NCBI GenBank assembly: GCA_013265495.1
Contig: MU061578.1
Location: 3,607,308 to 3,671,307, forward strand
DNA from: Vicugna vicugna
Lineage: Eukaryota
Direction of reading: 5' to 3'
DNA length: 64,000 nt
The stretch's first letter is position 1. The number at the start of each line of letters is the position of its first letter. The notes under the pieces are model-generated. The model made no database searches. It was not told where the DNA came from and was given only the letters and a program-made list of their open reading frames with translations. The translations under genes were made by a program, and so were the position numbers. Of this stretch, positions 1 through 13,900 are shown piece by piece.

Positions 1-2450
1 ACGATTCTTAGTATCTCCCATTTGGAAATGAGAGAAAGCAAGGCCCCACGCCACAGGAAGAACATCCATTTCTGTAACACTGCAGCAGTCCCATCACACC
101 TAATTGGGTAGGGGGGGCTCCCAGACCTACAGCTGCGGAAGAGGGGGTGGCCCATGGGGTCCTGCACCAGCACAGGGGCTCCCTCCACAGCACCCCCATT
201 TTGTAGACACCACACCCCGTTCTCTCACTGTCACAGCCTCTGCGTGATCTAGAGATCCTTTCTTCCTGATGCAAACACAAGTGACTAGTCCCACGTTCCT
301 TTTCCACAAAGGACAAGCCTCTTTGACCTGGGGGTGGTGAGCACTAACAAAGGGTTTGCAGGTGTGAGAGGAGTGGTGTTCCACCTCGAAGCAGGCTTGC
401 TGGTCTGGGATGCGCTACCAGCCACGCTGGGTGGGGGCCGGCGCGCCCAGTCCTGTCTGATCCGGCAGCACTCTGCATCTCTCCTCCGAGAGCTGAGCTG
501 GGCCCATGGGACCCCACGTGCTCTGTGAGCAGGCGAAGGGGGATCCCACGTCTCTGGGCACAGAGACCACTGTGTGTGAGGCTCACTACTTAGCGCCCCT
601 ATCCACGCAGGTGGTGGGCAATGCGTCAGCTACAGGGGATCCTCTGGGCTGAAACACGCAGTCGCTGATACTGTTTGTGTGGAATTTCACTGTGCCCACT
701 CTCCAAATCCGGGAAAGCCTGTGACAGCTGCCATGACATCTGTCTGTGACAGCCCTGCAGGGGCTGTGCTGAGCAGGTGGAAGGGACTGTCGCAGGTCCT
801 TCCTCACAGCTATTTCAGGCCTCAGGCATGACCATCCTCATGTCATGGCTGTTTCAAAACCAGAAAGAACCACAAAGTGGGTGCGCAAGGCAGGGGTTGG
901 GGTGGGGTCCGGTGGGGGCCACAGCTGGGGCCAGAGGTCAGAGCACTGCAGTTGGCGCTCTCCAGAAGTTCCCGGATGCCTCTGCCAGGCTGAGGAAGGA
1001 TGACAGAGCGCAGCAAGAAAGTCCCTTTCTTTGGTTCTGCCCACGCTAATGCGATAAAGCAAATTAGAATAATTGCTCTCATCCCAGGACTGGGCTGGCT
1101 CGTCAAGGAAGTGGCAGCGACGCCCACTTGACTGTGGTCTTGGTGGGGCATGTCGCATTCCAACACTGATTTAATTACGTTAATTAGATTTTACTACAGG
1201 CACTGACTCTGAGAAAAAGCCCCTGACTGGAAGCCTCCTTTTCCTTTTTACTTAGCTCCTTCTCCTTGCTAACGGTGTCTGGCCTCCTTTGCTCACCTTT
1301 CAGCACCAGTGGCTGGAGCATCTCCAGGACTGACATGCCAGTGTGGAAACTGCTTTAAAGGAGTTCACCCACTCGGAGCAGTCCAGGCCTCCGAGGGAAA
1401 GCACAGGACCCAAACGCAGACTCCATGGGCTTCCTGGTGGCAGCCTTGATTCAGTCAGGAATTCTTCCCAGCAGAGAGACTCCATGGGCCCAGCCCAAGG
1501 TCCCAGCAAAAATGGGTACAGGTCTGGACAAAAAGAGGGGTGCCTGCTCTCCAGCGGGGCTCCAAGGGCTGCAGTGAATTACGACCCATCTGCTCCTCAT
1601 CCTCAAGGTGTGTGGAGTTCAATGGGCTGCATCTCACAGCGATCCTCATGTGAAAAAGCAAACTCATGATGGCTGAGCTACAAGTCACATGAAACAAAAC
1701 ACTCCCGTCTTAAATGTTCAGTTCCATGTGTTCTCATGGTTGTGCACAAGCAGGAATCCACCCAAAACAGGACACAGGCTTACGCCCCACAGGACATTCC
1801 CCATGGCCACTTCCATACCCGCTGGCCAGGAGGCCATCAAGGCCTGCCCCCACCTCCACTCTGTCCCTGGATCTGGCTGCCCTGGGGTATCACACACAGG
1901 GGCCGGTGCCCTGTGGGCTTTGGGTCCATCTGCGCTGCTGCCTTGGGGGCTGGACCCCTCTCCTGGCAGAGTGCTGTCCCTTGAGTGAATGCACCACAGG
2001 CTACCTGTCCTGTAGATGGACACTGGGTTGGTTCCCAGGGCTTCTGTTTAGGCAGGGCTGCCGGGGACATGTGCGGACAGGCCTCCGTGTGGACATGGGT
2101 TTTCACTTCCCAGGAGTTGGAGACGGGCTCACAGGCAGGTGCAGGTCTCGCCTTGTGGGAAACTGGCCAGCGGCTGTTCAGCGTGGCTGCAGCACCCTAC
2201 ACCCTGCCGAGGAACATACCTACAAAGAATCTTGCCACCCGCAGGCGCACCGACTCAGCATGCTGACATCAGGGTTTCACACTCAGCCCCTCTTGCGTCA
2301 ACACAGCTTTCCCGTCCTCATCATTGCTCCTGTCCCTTCACTGGTGAATCTGTCCAAGGCCCACACCTGCCTTCCTATTGTGTTGTGCATGCTCTGAATG
2401 TTAGTTTTTGGTCAAACTCTGCACTGCAAATGTTTCCCAATCTGTGGTTT

Positions 2451-2940
2451 GCCTATTCCTTTTCTTCTTCTTTTTTTTTTCATTTTTCAGTTTTACTAGG
2501 TAAACTGTTAACAATTTCACTGCACATATACAATATATTGCATGTAAATACATATATATAATATACTGCACTTTTTTTTTTAGTTTACATATATGTACTA
2601 ATTGTTTCTAAGAACAGATTAGGGCTTTAGCTTTTTAAACTTACATAGTTATCAAAGGAATAAAGCCAACCACAAAGTAAGAATCAACAGAATGTGGTAA
2701 TACAATCATAAAGGACAGTCAAATGTGCTTACATATATTCAAGAAATTAATCATCTAAGTTATAAATAATAAGTAGTTCATTTGTGTCTTTTTTTTTTTT
2801 TGGTTCCACATGTAAGTGATATCATACGGCCATTTTTCTTTCTTTTTCTGGCCCACTTCACTTAGAATGACGATCTCCAAGTCATCTATGTTTCTGCAAA
2901 TGGCATTATTTTATTCTTTTTTATGGCTGAGTAGTATTTC

Positions 2941-2988
<48 letters not shown>

Positions 2989-3071
2989 CACCACATCTTC
3001 ATCCAGTCATCTGTTGATGGATATTTGGGTTGTTTCTCTGTCTTGGCTATTGTAAGCCTATTCCTTTTCTT
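2451..3071 (-). mobile_element. Young TSD-flanked retro-insertion: L1 3' fragment + non-L1 AT-rich segment + poly(A)
   Basis: 16-bp TSD gcctattccttttctt at 2451-2466 and 3056-3071. Poly-T at about 2467-2480. L1 ORF2-end/3'UTR sequence at about 2775-3055. Confidence 0.85.
2943..2985. repeat. (TG)n microsatellite, about 21 units
   Basis: Uninterrupted tgtgtg run inside the L1 fragment. Confidence 0.97.
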
Positions 3072-4890
3072 AATGGTGTATTTTGATGATGGAAAAATTT
3101 AATATCAATGAAGTATAATTTATTAATTCTTTTTCTTAATGGTTAGTGCTTTTTTGTGCCCTGTCCAAAAAATCTTTGTCTACCCCATGGTAATTTCCTG
3201 CAGTATCTTCGAAAAACTTTACGACTCTGGCTTTTATGTTTGTAAAAAAACAAAAAACAATAAACAAAAAAACTTTTCTTGCCCCACTGATTTAGCCAAG
3301 CCCCTTCATTGAAAATCAATCAACTACGTATGTGGGTCTATTTCTGGGAGAGATTCTTTTATGTTTTCTGCTAAGAAATTTTGGTTTTGCTTTTATGTTT
3401 AGGTCCATGATCTACCTTAAATTAGAGTCTGGTATAGATGAAATAGCAGCCAAAGCTCATTTTATTCTTCTACACAGACACCCAGTTATTTCAGCACTAT
3501 TCGTAAAAAATGACTCGTCTTTTTCCATTGAGTTGACTCAGTACCTTGGTTGAATATCAAATGACAGTAGAGGTTTGGTCTATTTCTGGTCTCTATTTTC
3601 TACTGATCAATGTTTGTAGTTCAGATCAACACCAGACTTCAGTTTTAAATTAAGCTGTAAGATCAGGAAGTATAAGTCCTCTAACTTTGTTCTTTTTCAA
3701 GATTCTTCTCTTGTCTATGTAAATTTTGGAATCAGCATGTCAATTTTCACCAAAAAAGCTCACTGGGAGTTTGATAGGAGTTATCTTGAATCTCTATATA
3801 AAAATATGGGTGAAAGAAATATCTTACCATAATATGATACATCTGTTTATCATGTAGGTCTTTTAAATTCATTATCAGCAATGTTTTACTGTTTTAATGT
3901 ATGTCTCATATATCCTTAATCAGATTTATTATGAGGTATTTGAGGGGTTTTGATGCAATGGCAGGTAGTATTTTGAAAATTTTATTTTCTAATGACTTCT
4001 TAGTAATACATGAAGTACCATGCACATTTTGCATTAAACTTGTATCCAGCAACTTGCTAAATAATAAATAAATTCATGTATTCACTTTAGAAGTTGCTTT
4101 TTAGATTCCACTAGGTTTTCTATATGCATAATCAAGTCTGTGAATAAGTTTCATTTCTTCTTTTGCAATCTTTACACGTTTATTTCTTTTTCTTGTTCTA
4201 CTGCACTAAGACTTTCTAATACAGTGCTGAAGAACAGCAGCAAAACGCACTGGGCCTGTTTCTAATTGCATGCGAATGCTTTCAGTCCCTCGCCATTCTG
4301 GAAGTCTCTGACAGAAGTCTGACTCGGTGCTGCACTGTACCATTTGCTTTTTGCATCTGTTGAGATGATAAATTGGTTTTTCATCTTTATTCTGTTGCTG
4401 TAGTGAACTGCATGCATTGATTTTCAAATATTAAACCGACCTTGCATTCCTGCGATAACTGATGTCTTTTTTGATTGCCAGGTTTGATTGGCCAATATTT
4501 TGCTAAGGGTTTCTATACCTCTGCTCATGAGGAGCACTAGTGTTCACTTTCCTTTCTGTACTGTCCTCGTCAGGTTTTGGTATCACTCTTACACTGGCCA
4601 CACGACACAATCTGGAAAGTGTTCCCACCTCTGCTATGTTCCAAAAGAGTTTGTGTAGGTTTGCTGTTATTTCCTCTTTAAATGTTCAATAGATTTCACT
4701 GGTGAAGCCATCTGGGCCCACACTTTCTTTCTGGAATGGTCTTTGATTACAAATTCGATTTATTTACCAGATATGGAGCCATTTTAATTTCCTGTTTCCT
4801 TCTGTCTCAGTTTTGGTAAGCTGCATTTGTCAAGGAATTTGTCCATTTCACCTAAGCTGTCAAATTTATTGGCCTAAAGCTTTCTTAATA
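3072..4890 (-). mobile_element. Old degraded L1 (L1M-type) ORF2 fragments; also continues left of the 2451 insertion
   Basis: T-rich antisense L1-like text, e.g. ggtgaagccatctgggcc and ttgttgagatgataaattggtttt, with no intact ORF. Confidence 0.8.
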
Positions 4891-6439
4891 TTCCAGGTGA
4901 CTTTGCAGCAGGATCTCAGTTATCTGATGACCCTGTTTCCTCACAGCGCCCTTCAACACAGCCTGGCTGTGGCTCCCAGGCCTACTGAAATCTGACCTGA
5001 ACAAGGCAGGTCCTGTAGGTCTGTATTTCCTCCAGCTGCACACAAGGAGTGTCAGGGCCCCATGGGGTGTGTAGGAGGTGTGAGCACACAGAGCTGTGGG
5101 CAGCACAGGTGGTCAGCAACCCTGCTGATGAGGGAGAAGGGACTTGAGGCCGCTGTAGCTTGCAGGTTACATGGAGGTTCACCAAGGTGTGAACAGGAAC
5201 ACATACCTTCGTGCCACCTCAGGGGGCTCGCAAGCTCATCCTCATGCTTGACTCTCCAGACCCTCCTATTGTGCTGCCTCCCCTCCATTCACTTCTGCCC
5301 CACGCCCGCAGGAAGGCACAGGTGAGGACCCTGTGCAGACCTGCACCTCTGCTCCAAGGATGGAAGAGGGAGGGCTCACTTGGGCCATGCCAGCCCTCGA
5401 TGCAATGCGAGGAAGAAGGGGTAGCAGGGCCTGGTCCGCTTTCTCCCACAAAGAACTGGCAACTCCTCGCTGCTTGCAGCCTGGCCTCAGGACACCCAAT
5501 GCACAGAACCACCTGCACGTCCCTCAGGCCCCAACTGAGGCCTGGAGCCACACAGACGGAGCACTTGAATTCCAGTTCCAGTTCCAATTATGCCAATGTG
5601 GGGTGACCACCCTGGCCCTCTACATTAATGGGAACAAATAACTAAACGAGAGGAAGCAAGACATCCCATCACTCAGCACAGGTGGCGGTCAGCACGGGCG
5701 GGCAGCTGCGCCTGAGGGCCTGTCTTGAGCTGCAGCATCTGGCTGGGCTGATGGTCTTTCCAGGGCTTGAAGGCACATGGTGTTTGTCTGGTGCTCAGTG
5801 GAGGAAAATCCAGCTTAGTGGGGTCTGCATGTCTCTGCTCTTTGTGGGGCTGATGGGCCATCTCCTGAGGCTCCCCCTGCTGTGACCTCTTGTGAGGTTT
5901 CAGGAAATAACTTACGTCCTGCCCTGAAACACGTGACTGAGGGGCTTCTGTGGGACCCTCACCCCACTGCCCTGAGAATTTCCAAATTCCCCTAATCAAC
6001 CCATACTCCATATCCCAGAGGTGACAGTTTCTCTGGGTCTGTGGCCACAGGCTGGCTCTGCTGGTTCCAGAACCTCCCATACAAGGACTCATAGGGACAC
6101 CCTTCTGTGGCTGGCTCCTCTCACTCAGAGCGATGCCTGAGGGATCAGCACTGGGTCCCTGTCCTGCTGGCTGGTTTGCTTCTGGGGAACTTGGCACGGG
6201 CTAACCCCACCCTCCTGCTGGTGGTCTGTGGTTGGTTGGGGTCCGTCTGCCCCATGTGGACACTCAGCACCCGCTGGTGGAAAGACTTTTCCTTCTCAGT
6301 TGAACTGACTTGCTGTCTTGTCTGTGATTTCAGTGTGGGACTTTTTCCAGACTCTGACTCACTCCACTGACACTGCTCTTAGCCTTATGCCTCCCCAGCC
6401 ACCTCGGTGGCTGTGTCTTCTGGAAAGTCCTGGATCCAG

Positions 6440-7700
6440 CTGTGTGACACCCACAACATTACTCTCATTCAAGACTTTTCTGACTTTTCTAGGTCCTGGG
6501 CATTTCCATGTACACCTAAGAATCAGTTCATCAATTTCTAAAAAGAAATCCCTTCTAGATTATGTTTGGGGCTGCATGAAATCTACACATCAGTCTGGGG
6601 ACAATTAGCCGCTAAGCAGTAATGAGAATGCTGATCATGAACATGGACAATCCATCTGCACAGGTCCCCGCTACCTCCTCCCAGCAAAAGCACACGTGGC
6701 ATACTTCTGTGAAACTTCCCTAAGTATTTCATGGTTGTGGGTGTTTTTGGTGCTACATTTTAAAATTTCATTTTCTGACACATTTTGCTAGCATATGGAA
6801 ATATACTTATTTTGCACACTGGCCTTGAGTCGTGCACTCCAGTTAACTTCACTCACTAGATCTACCGACGCTTGTGATCTTCCACATACATGATCTTTTC
6901 ATCTGTGAACACAGATGACTTTACTTCTTCCATTCCAATCTTCAGGGATTTTATAACTTTTCCTTGCATTACTGCATAAGCTAAGATCTTCAACACACTG
7001 TCAACTAGGCAGGAGGAAGGTAGAAATCACAGCCCTGTTCCCAGACTTAAGGGAAAAATGTTCAATCTTTCACCACTTACTGAGACATTAGCTGTAGGTA
7101 GTTTATATAGTCACCTTTCATCAGGTTGAAGAAGTTTCCTTCTGTTCTGAGTTTGCTGAGAATTTTCTTTGTTAATTATGAATAAATATTTAATTTTGTC
7201 TAATGTTTTTTCTACATCTATTGAAATGATCATATCATTTTATATCTTTTTTCCTTAAATCTGGTAACTTGGTGAATTACATCTATTCAGTTATATCCAA
7301 CCAATCTTGTATTCTGGGAAAAAAAATCCCACAAGGTCTTGACTGATTGTACTTTTCATGTACTCCGGATTCATTTGCTAATAATTCCTTAAGAATTTTT
7401 TGGTTGTGCTCTTGAAAAATATTTCTCTGTAATCATCCTTTCTTGAAATATCCTTGTCTTCACTGGCCTCTGAAAACTAAGCGGGAGTGGTTCCCTCTCC
7501 CGTGTTCTCAATGAGTATGTGTAGGATTTGCATCGTTTTTTCCTTAAATATTTCATAAACCCTCATCAGTGACATCATCTGGGCCTGGAGTTTTCTCAGT
7601 GGGAGGTACTTTCTGTTTGTTTTAATGACTCGGTTTATAAAATGAGTCCGCTTTTCTGCCCCTTCTGTGTCAGTGTTGGCAATCTACATCTACGTTCCTC
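6440..7700 (-). mobile_element. Old degraded L1 ORF2 fragment
   Basis: Antisense L1-like segments, e.g. aggttgaagaagtttccttctgttctgagtttgctgaga and tctattgaaatgatcatat. Confidence 0.75.
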
Positions 7701-10700
7701 TAATTGCCTCCTTCACGTGCTTAAAGTTGCTCACACTCTTTAACTTTTTATCACTTCAGTTCTACTAAGCCACCAATCCCATTTGGATTTCACCAGCTTC
7801 CCATTAGCGTCCTTTCTATGAACCAGTGACAACCCAGGGTGATGACACTTAGCAGCCGTGCTCCCTGGCTGACAGCCCCTCAGGAGGTAACAAAATGCTT
7901 GACTTTATGACACTTGAGAACACTCATCAGAACGTTTGAAGGATGTCCCTCAACTGATGTTTTCTCACAATTAGATCAGAGGATGCATTTTTGTGACAGA
8001 AGTGATGCTGTGTTCCCGGAGATCTTTCTCTGCACCAATCCCTCCTCTCTGTACTCTGCCCCCTGCCTCCAGCAGGAAGTCCTCCAGCCTTCCATCACCT
8101 TGACTGCCTCCACTTGGCAAGGTCCCCTGGCCCCCAGACAGTCCAGGGCTCAGCTCAAGTGTTTCCCTCTGGACCCCCATCCCACCCTGTCTGTTGTCTG
8201 GTGTGAAAACAGCTGCATTACCACTGTGTCCAGTTTCCAGCTGCTTCCAAAGAAGGGTCACCTGGTGCCATCTCTTCAGAAGAGCTGAGCTCACAGAGGC
8301 CCTACAGATGGTGTGGGGAGGCCGCACTGACTCCACCCTGGGCATCTGGAGGACCAGGCCATCCACGGGCACAGTGGCCAGGAGGGTGGCTTCCTTTCTT
8401 TCTGCTCGACACCTCCACCTGCATGGCCCGGGATCCCTTCTGAAGCTTGAGGCTGAGCTCTGAAAGAGCCCATCTGTCCTTCAGGGCATGTGAGCCACCC
8501 CAGACCACAAATCAGCAGCAGGCCTAAACAGCCAGGACAGCCTGGCTGAGCAGTAGGTCAGGGCTGGCAGCGTGTCACAGGCAGTGTCACACTTGCCAGG
8601 CCTGCTCACCATCTGTGGATGGACGTCCTGCTGCTGTCACTCCTTTTTATCAAGTCACCTCTATTCCTCTGCTTTCCAACGAAGGAAGATTAATAATATC
8701 CAACATGCAGACTGAATCGAGTAATTACACCTTTTAGTGCACCTGATAATTTTTCACCCAGCTGGCGCTAATAGTCAATCAAAACGCCATAAAAGGTGCT
8801 TTAGAACATGCTAATGACTTGCCGCCTCTGGGAGGCATGTGGGAGTCTGTGCTCCGCACAGCCTGACAGCTCTGTCACCCAGCGCTCTGCACCCGGCGGG
8901 CCGGTGTGCTGCTGGGGCCTCGCCTGGTGTCCCACCCAACGATGCTGCTGTTCCAGCGGGGTCCCCGAGAAAGTTCTCTGAAACACTGCTGTTTAAAGCC
9001 CTCTGACAGAGAATCCAAAATTAAGTCCTAGACAGACGAGGAACTGTACACTGCTAAGAAGATCTGTACGGCGACGAGACAGCTCACGGTTTCAATGTTT
9101 CATTAAATGAAAACAACTCCTATCTTCCTCACTAAATGGAAAAGTGAGTTTAGAGAAAGCATCACACTTTACTGTGGAATCTGGACCTCAGATCATCCGA
9201 CATGGTACTTCCAAGTATGTACAGCTGCTCACACCCCACTGGGTTGGGAACCTTGCCAACTAGGCCAGTCCCTGATGGTGAGCTCTCCGACCACCATGCA
9301 CACCTGTCCACCCCTCCTGCAGGTGCTGCTACTGTCCTACACAGAGCTCGTCCCTCTGCACCCTAGCCGTCTGCAGCGTCCCTGGAGCCCTGGCCATATG
9401 GCACAGACGCAACAGTTAACCAAACCACGGCATGACGGCCAATGCCCTGGGTGGAGGGAAGCCCAGGAGCATGGGTGCTGGCAGCATTGACGGGAATGGG
9501 AGGCCCCTAGAGGACGCCCGACCTGCTTGAGGACCGATGTGTCCCCTCCATGGGGAAGAGGCCATCAACTGCGAGCTGAGAGTTGGCACCGGCCAGGAAG
9601 CAGGCATGACGGGGGCAGCAAGACAAGCTTCCATGGGCCAAAGCAAAGATGGGGGATCAGATACAGACAGCAGCAGAGGATATGACAGTGTCGGGGGGGA
9701 CAGGGATCCAATGTCACATACAGAAGCCTGGAGTAAATGGGACGTCTGATGAGGAAGGGACAGCCTTTAATTTAGTAAGTAGCCCTTATTAATCACACAG
9801 TGAAAAAAAGCGACTTCCCAGGAGGACCAGCTGGGCCTGCCTGAATTGTGACAGGACAGTTGGACGCTGCCTCCGGGGGGAGAGTGAGAAGGGCCTCCTG
9901 CTGGTCAGGACACCTCGGACGCCAGTGTGGGCCCTGGACGGGGATGCTAGCAGGTAGTCGGTCAGGAGCTCACCCACTGCACTGTGTCCTGCTCTTCTGC
10001 AGGCTTGGGGCTATTCTTCCCAAGAACAACTTACAGCAACAGATAAAAGAAATGAGTATTTTATACTGATCCTAGTGTAAAAGTCAGGATCCTACAAAAG
10101 AAGAGCAGAGGTGGGAGAAAACATGCACAGTCACCGAGCCCTTTGCCTAGCGAAGTGTCTCACTCCTGATTTCAAGGTGATGTTTCTGAAAACTTGAAGG
10201 TGCAGTCAAAAGCGAGACGTGCATCTTCCAAGGCTGCATGAATGTGGGAGCTGCGAAGCCTGGTCCCAGGGCCCAGGAGGAGGGTGTGAGGGAAAGAGGC
10301 CGAGCTGCCCGGAGCCCAGACAGCTGAGCACCTGGCCTTCAGGAGAGACGCCCCGACCACACGGTGAGGGGTCCGGGAGAAAAGACTCAGCCAGCAGAGG
10401 AACAGACAGAAAGGCGTGAGGCCACTCTGGGGTGGGGTCACAGACGATGTCATCTCCTGACCTGTTAACACGCATATCGATGTTTCAGACACTCCACACA
10501 CCAGAGGAGGGCTGGCAGGGACAGGGCAACTGGGGGGCCCTCCTGCCAGTGTCCTCATGAAATGACTTGAGTCCTGGTTGTTTCCCACAGAAAAGGTCTG
10601 GGCTAAGGGCCAGAGGGGCCAGTGGAACATCAAGTGCTCAAAAACAGGCCTCGGACATCACGGAAGCTGCAGAAAGGGCACCACTGGCCTGGCCGACGGG

Positions 10701-10768
10701 AGGACAGCAAGGCAGTGACTCGTTTCTAGAACATTTCCCTCCAAATATGAAAAACAAGTTCTACTTAC

Positions 10769-10917
10769 CGCTCCGAGCATGATTCTGAAAATCAGCCACC
10801 GAAAGCCCCAGAGGACGATGCGGGACGTGGGGGTCCCCCTGGGCAATGGGGACAGAGTCCAGAGAGGGCACAGGAAGATTCCCAGGAAGCCTGTTTCCAG
10901 AAGCTGGGACTCCCATC
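10769..10917 (-). CDS. LMF1: LMF1 coding exon 4 (149 nt; WESQLLETGFLGIFLCPLWTLSPLPRGTPTSRIVLWGFRWLIFRIMLGA)
   Basis: Acceptor ttcctcgttttag and donor GTAAGT (10768-10763). The peptide matches the LMF1 core WESQLLETGFL...FRWLIFRIMLGA. Exons 1-4 sum to 663 nt, ending in phase 0. Confidence 0.97.
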
Positions 10918-13900
10918 CTAAAACGAGGAAGAGAGCATGACAGACTCATGAGCAGCAGCCGGACACTTCCACAACAGCACCAAACTCAGCTTAACCCACA
11001 ACCCTTAACACAGGACAGTCAGCGACCAAGCCACGGCGCCCAGTGAGCCCCGCAGCTCAGACCACAGCTGCTCTTGCAGAGCACCCCAGAAGCAGCCTGG
11101 CCCAACCCTGAGGATTCATCAGGATGGACACAGGCGCTGAGGAGGCTGGACGACCTGGACGGGAGGTTCTGAGCACAGAGCAGGCTGTGGCCCAGGGGGC
11201 AGGGGAAGCAGGCGCAGGTGCGGAGCCAAGTAAAGCCGCCCCGCCCGCCCCGCCCAGGCTCTGCTGGACGTGGGGGCCAGTCATGCCTCTTGATGGGAAG
11301 TGCACGTGAGGAACACTGAGCTCTCGCCCGCACGTGGAGACGCCCCTCACACCGTAACACCTGGAACACGGAGCTGGTCTCAGGCCGTGTCAAGCCGCCT
11401 TGGAAGGAGCCTGCACAACCTCCTCTTACTCCCATACTGACGAACCTCAAAAACATTCTGGTATGTCAAAGACACTTCAGAAAATGGCACACACTACGGT
11501 TCTATGGATGGAGGTTCCAGAACAAGCTGCACCGATGCAGGTGGAAGAAATTGGAACATGGCTGCCTAGGGCAGGCGAGGGGTGGTGTCTGCACCCTCAG
11601 TGGGGGTGCACTGGCCAGGACTCACCAAAGATACCATCAGGTCTGTGCATTTCAGTGTTTAGGGCTGGATGTACAGATTTTGAAATCTGCAACTTACTCT
11701 GAGATGCAGCGAATGCTGAGATGGGGAATGAGCAGACACGTGAGAAGCCGGTAGGGCAAAGGACCAGCCTCACAGGACGCACAACTATTTGACACTTTTC
11801 TGTATTTGAAATTTTTCATAATAAAATGTGGAGGTAGAAATATCATTTACTCTCGGATGCTCTGTAGATTTCTGAAACCCAGTTCCAAATCAGTTCTTCA
11901 TTTGGAGAGAAACAGGTGAGTCTGCAGCAAAGCAGTGCCTGGGAGCAGCAGTGACACCAGGGCTGACAGGTGACATCAACAGGTGGACCATTGCCCAGCT
12001 AGCGTCTCCATGGACTTGCTGCTTTGCTGAGCCACATGCATCTGTGCTGGGGGCTCTGGGGCCGCCACAGTGTACTCTGCACCCATCTGAAGATGATTCC
12101 TGAAGCAGACATAAGCCTGGACAGGGGTGCCCTGGAGAGGGAGCCAAGCGAGGCGGCGGCCAGAGCCCACAGCAGCACCAGGCTGTGGCCAGGCCCCGAC
12201 TGAGGGTTGGGGAGAGGGCCCTGCCAGCACAGCTGTCACTCAATAGGAGAGGGAAGTGCAGAGCCGAGACTGGTATGCGTCGGTGCCACCCTTCTGTGGG
12301 GACCTGGTGTGTGGGACGCCCCTGCCCAACACTGGGCACACACCCGACCTCCCTCAGACGCCACGAGGGCAGAAAGCAGGAAACGTCGGCGTCTGGTTTG
12401 TTTATGAGACTTCAGACAACACACCCATCGCTTGTTTCGTCTCCTTCCTCCCTGTTCACGGGATGGGAAACCTTTGTGTCACAATATACTTCAAACTCAC
12501 CTTTCTTGTCTCAACAGGAAAAACTGAACTTAGTTCCTCATGTGACAGCTTCTCTAGTTTTATCCTGAGAGATCATTTTCATCAAATTTGGACTCCTTTC
12601 ACGTGGGGCACACTTTATTACATATGTGATTTTATGAGAGCAGAACATGGAGTGACGATCACGGCTCTGAGCGGACCGTACACAAACTTCCACCTTTTGA
12701 GAAAGTACCTCAAAGGTCACTTGTTCCGACCCCTTCTCTACTTGGCTGTGAGAAAACTCAGGGGCCACAAGGCCCATGCCTGAGGCCCACACGGCTGCAC
12801 AAGTAGGGCAGGTGGACACGGGTGTCCCGGGCAGAGCCAGACTACGGAGAAAGCAAGGCTGGAACACCCCAATTGCCTGCCGCAGGCATGGGGACCCCGC
12901 CTCCCTCATGCTCCCTGGAAATCCCTCAAGAGCTAGCAGGCCCCACGTGGGCATGCGGAGCGGCTCCCAGAGCACGGGCCTGCCTTCACTGTCACCTCAC
13001 TCTGCACAGATGTAGTGCACAGAATTTTAATGTGCAGCGTGAGTGACACTAATCAAAGTGACATGCAAGTGGCAGAGCCCAGAGACCCGCCTACATGCCG
13101 GGAAGCAGGTGCTGGGCTTGCTGTCACCTAAGGGACATACATGTCACCTGGCCCTCCTGCCTCCTTCTGAACTGGGGGAGCCATCCTTACCCTGCTGGGT
13201 GCATCTCCCGCCACCCCGCCCCCAGCTCACCAGAGCTGTTTTCCAGGCCAAAGCTGAGGCTGCCTCCTCACTGGCTGCCCCTCCAGCCACCAGCGCTCGC
13301 TGGCACCACTGGGGAGGAGAGGGTGGCCTGCACCCACCTGCTCTGCTTCCTCTGTTGGGGTCCCGCGGGTGTCAGCAGCTGCGCTGCCAGCACAAGGAGC
13401 ACCATTGTTCTCTACGGGCCAGAAAAACAAACATGCGGGTGCTGCTGGGTGGTGCCGAGGAAATGCTGAGCCCTCCGCCAAGATGCGTGCTTGCGCCTGT
13501 GCACGGACCTCTCCGGAGGGATAGCGTCTGGCCCCTTCGTGGAGGCCCAGGAGGTTCCACCCATGGGAGAGGGCATTCCACCAGTGGCTTTGGGGTGACA
13601 GTGAGCCAGAGCCCAGGAGCCACACTCGCCTGCTGCTGGAACTCTTGCCTCTGTGGCTACTGGCTCTTTTTCCAGTAACGCAAACCAGCCTGGACCAGCC
13701 TTATTTGGGGAGCAACGACATGAATGGAAGTGACACCCCAGGGGCTGAGGACCAGTGCCCTGCCCTCCATGCTGGACAGAGGGATGGCCTTAGGCTGAGG
13801 TGCAGGTGTGGGCGGCCTCCAGCTTGCCTGCTGTCTCCAGGGACTGCCCCCCACAGGCAGCAGGGCGGGTTGGGGACGAGCAGGGTCGTCCAGCCCCACC

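Noticed and set aside
1..10768. LMF1 exon 5 (GLIKIRGDRCW...)
   Set aside because: Not found by eye or in the ORF track; it probably lies beyond the left edge.
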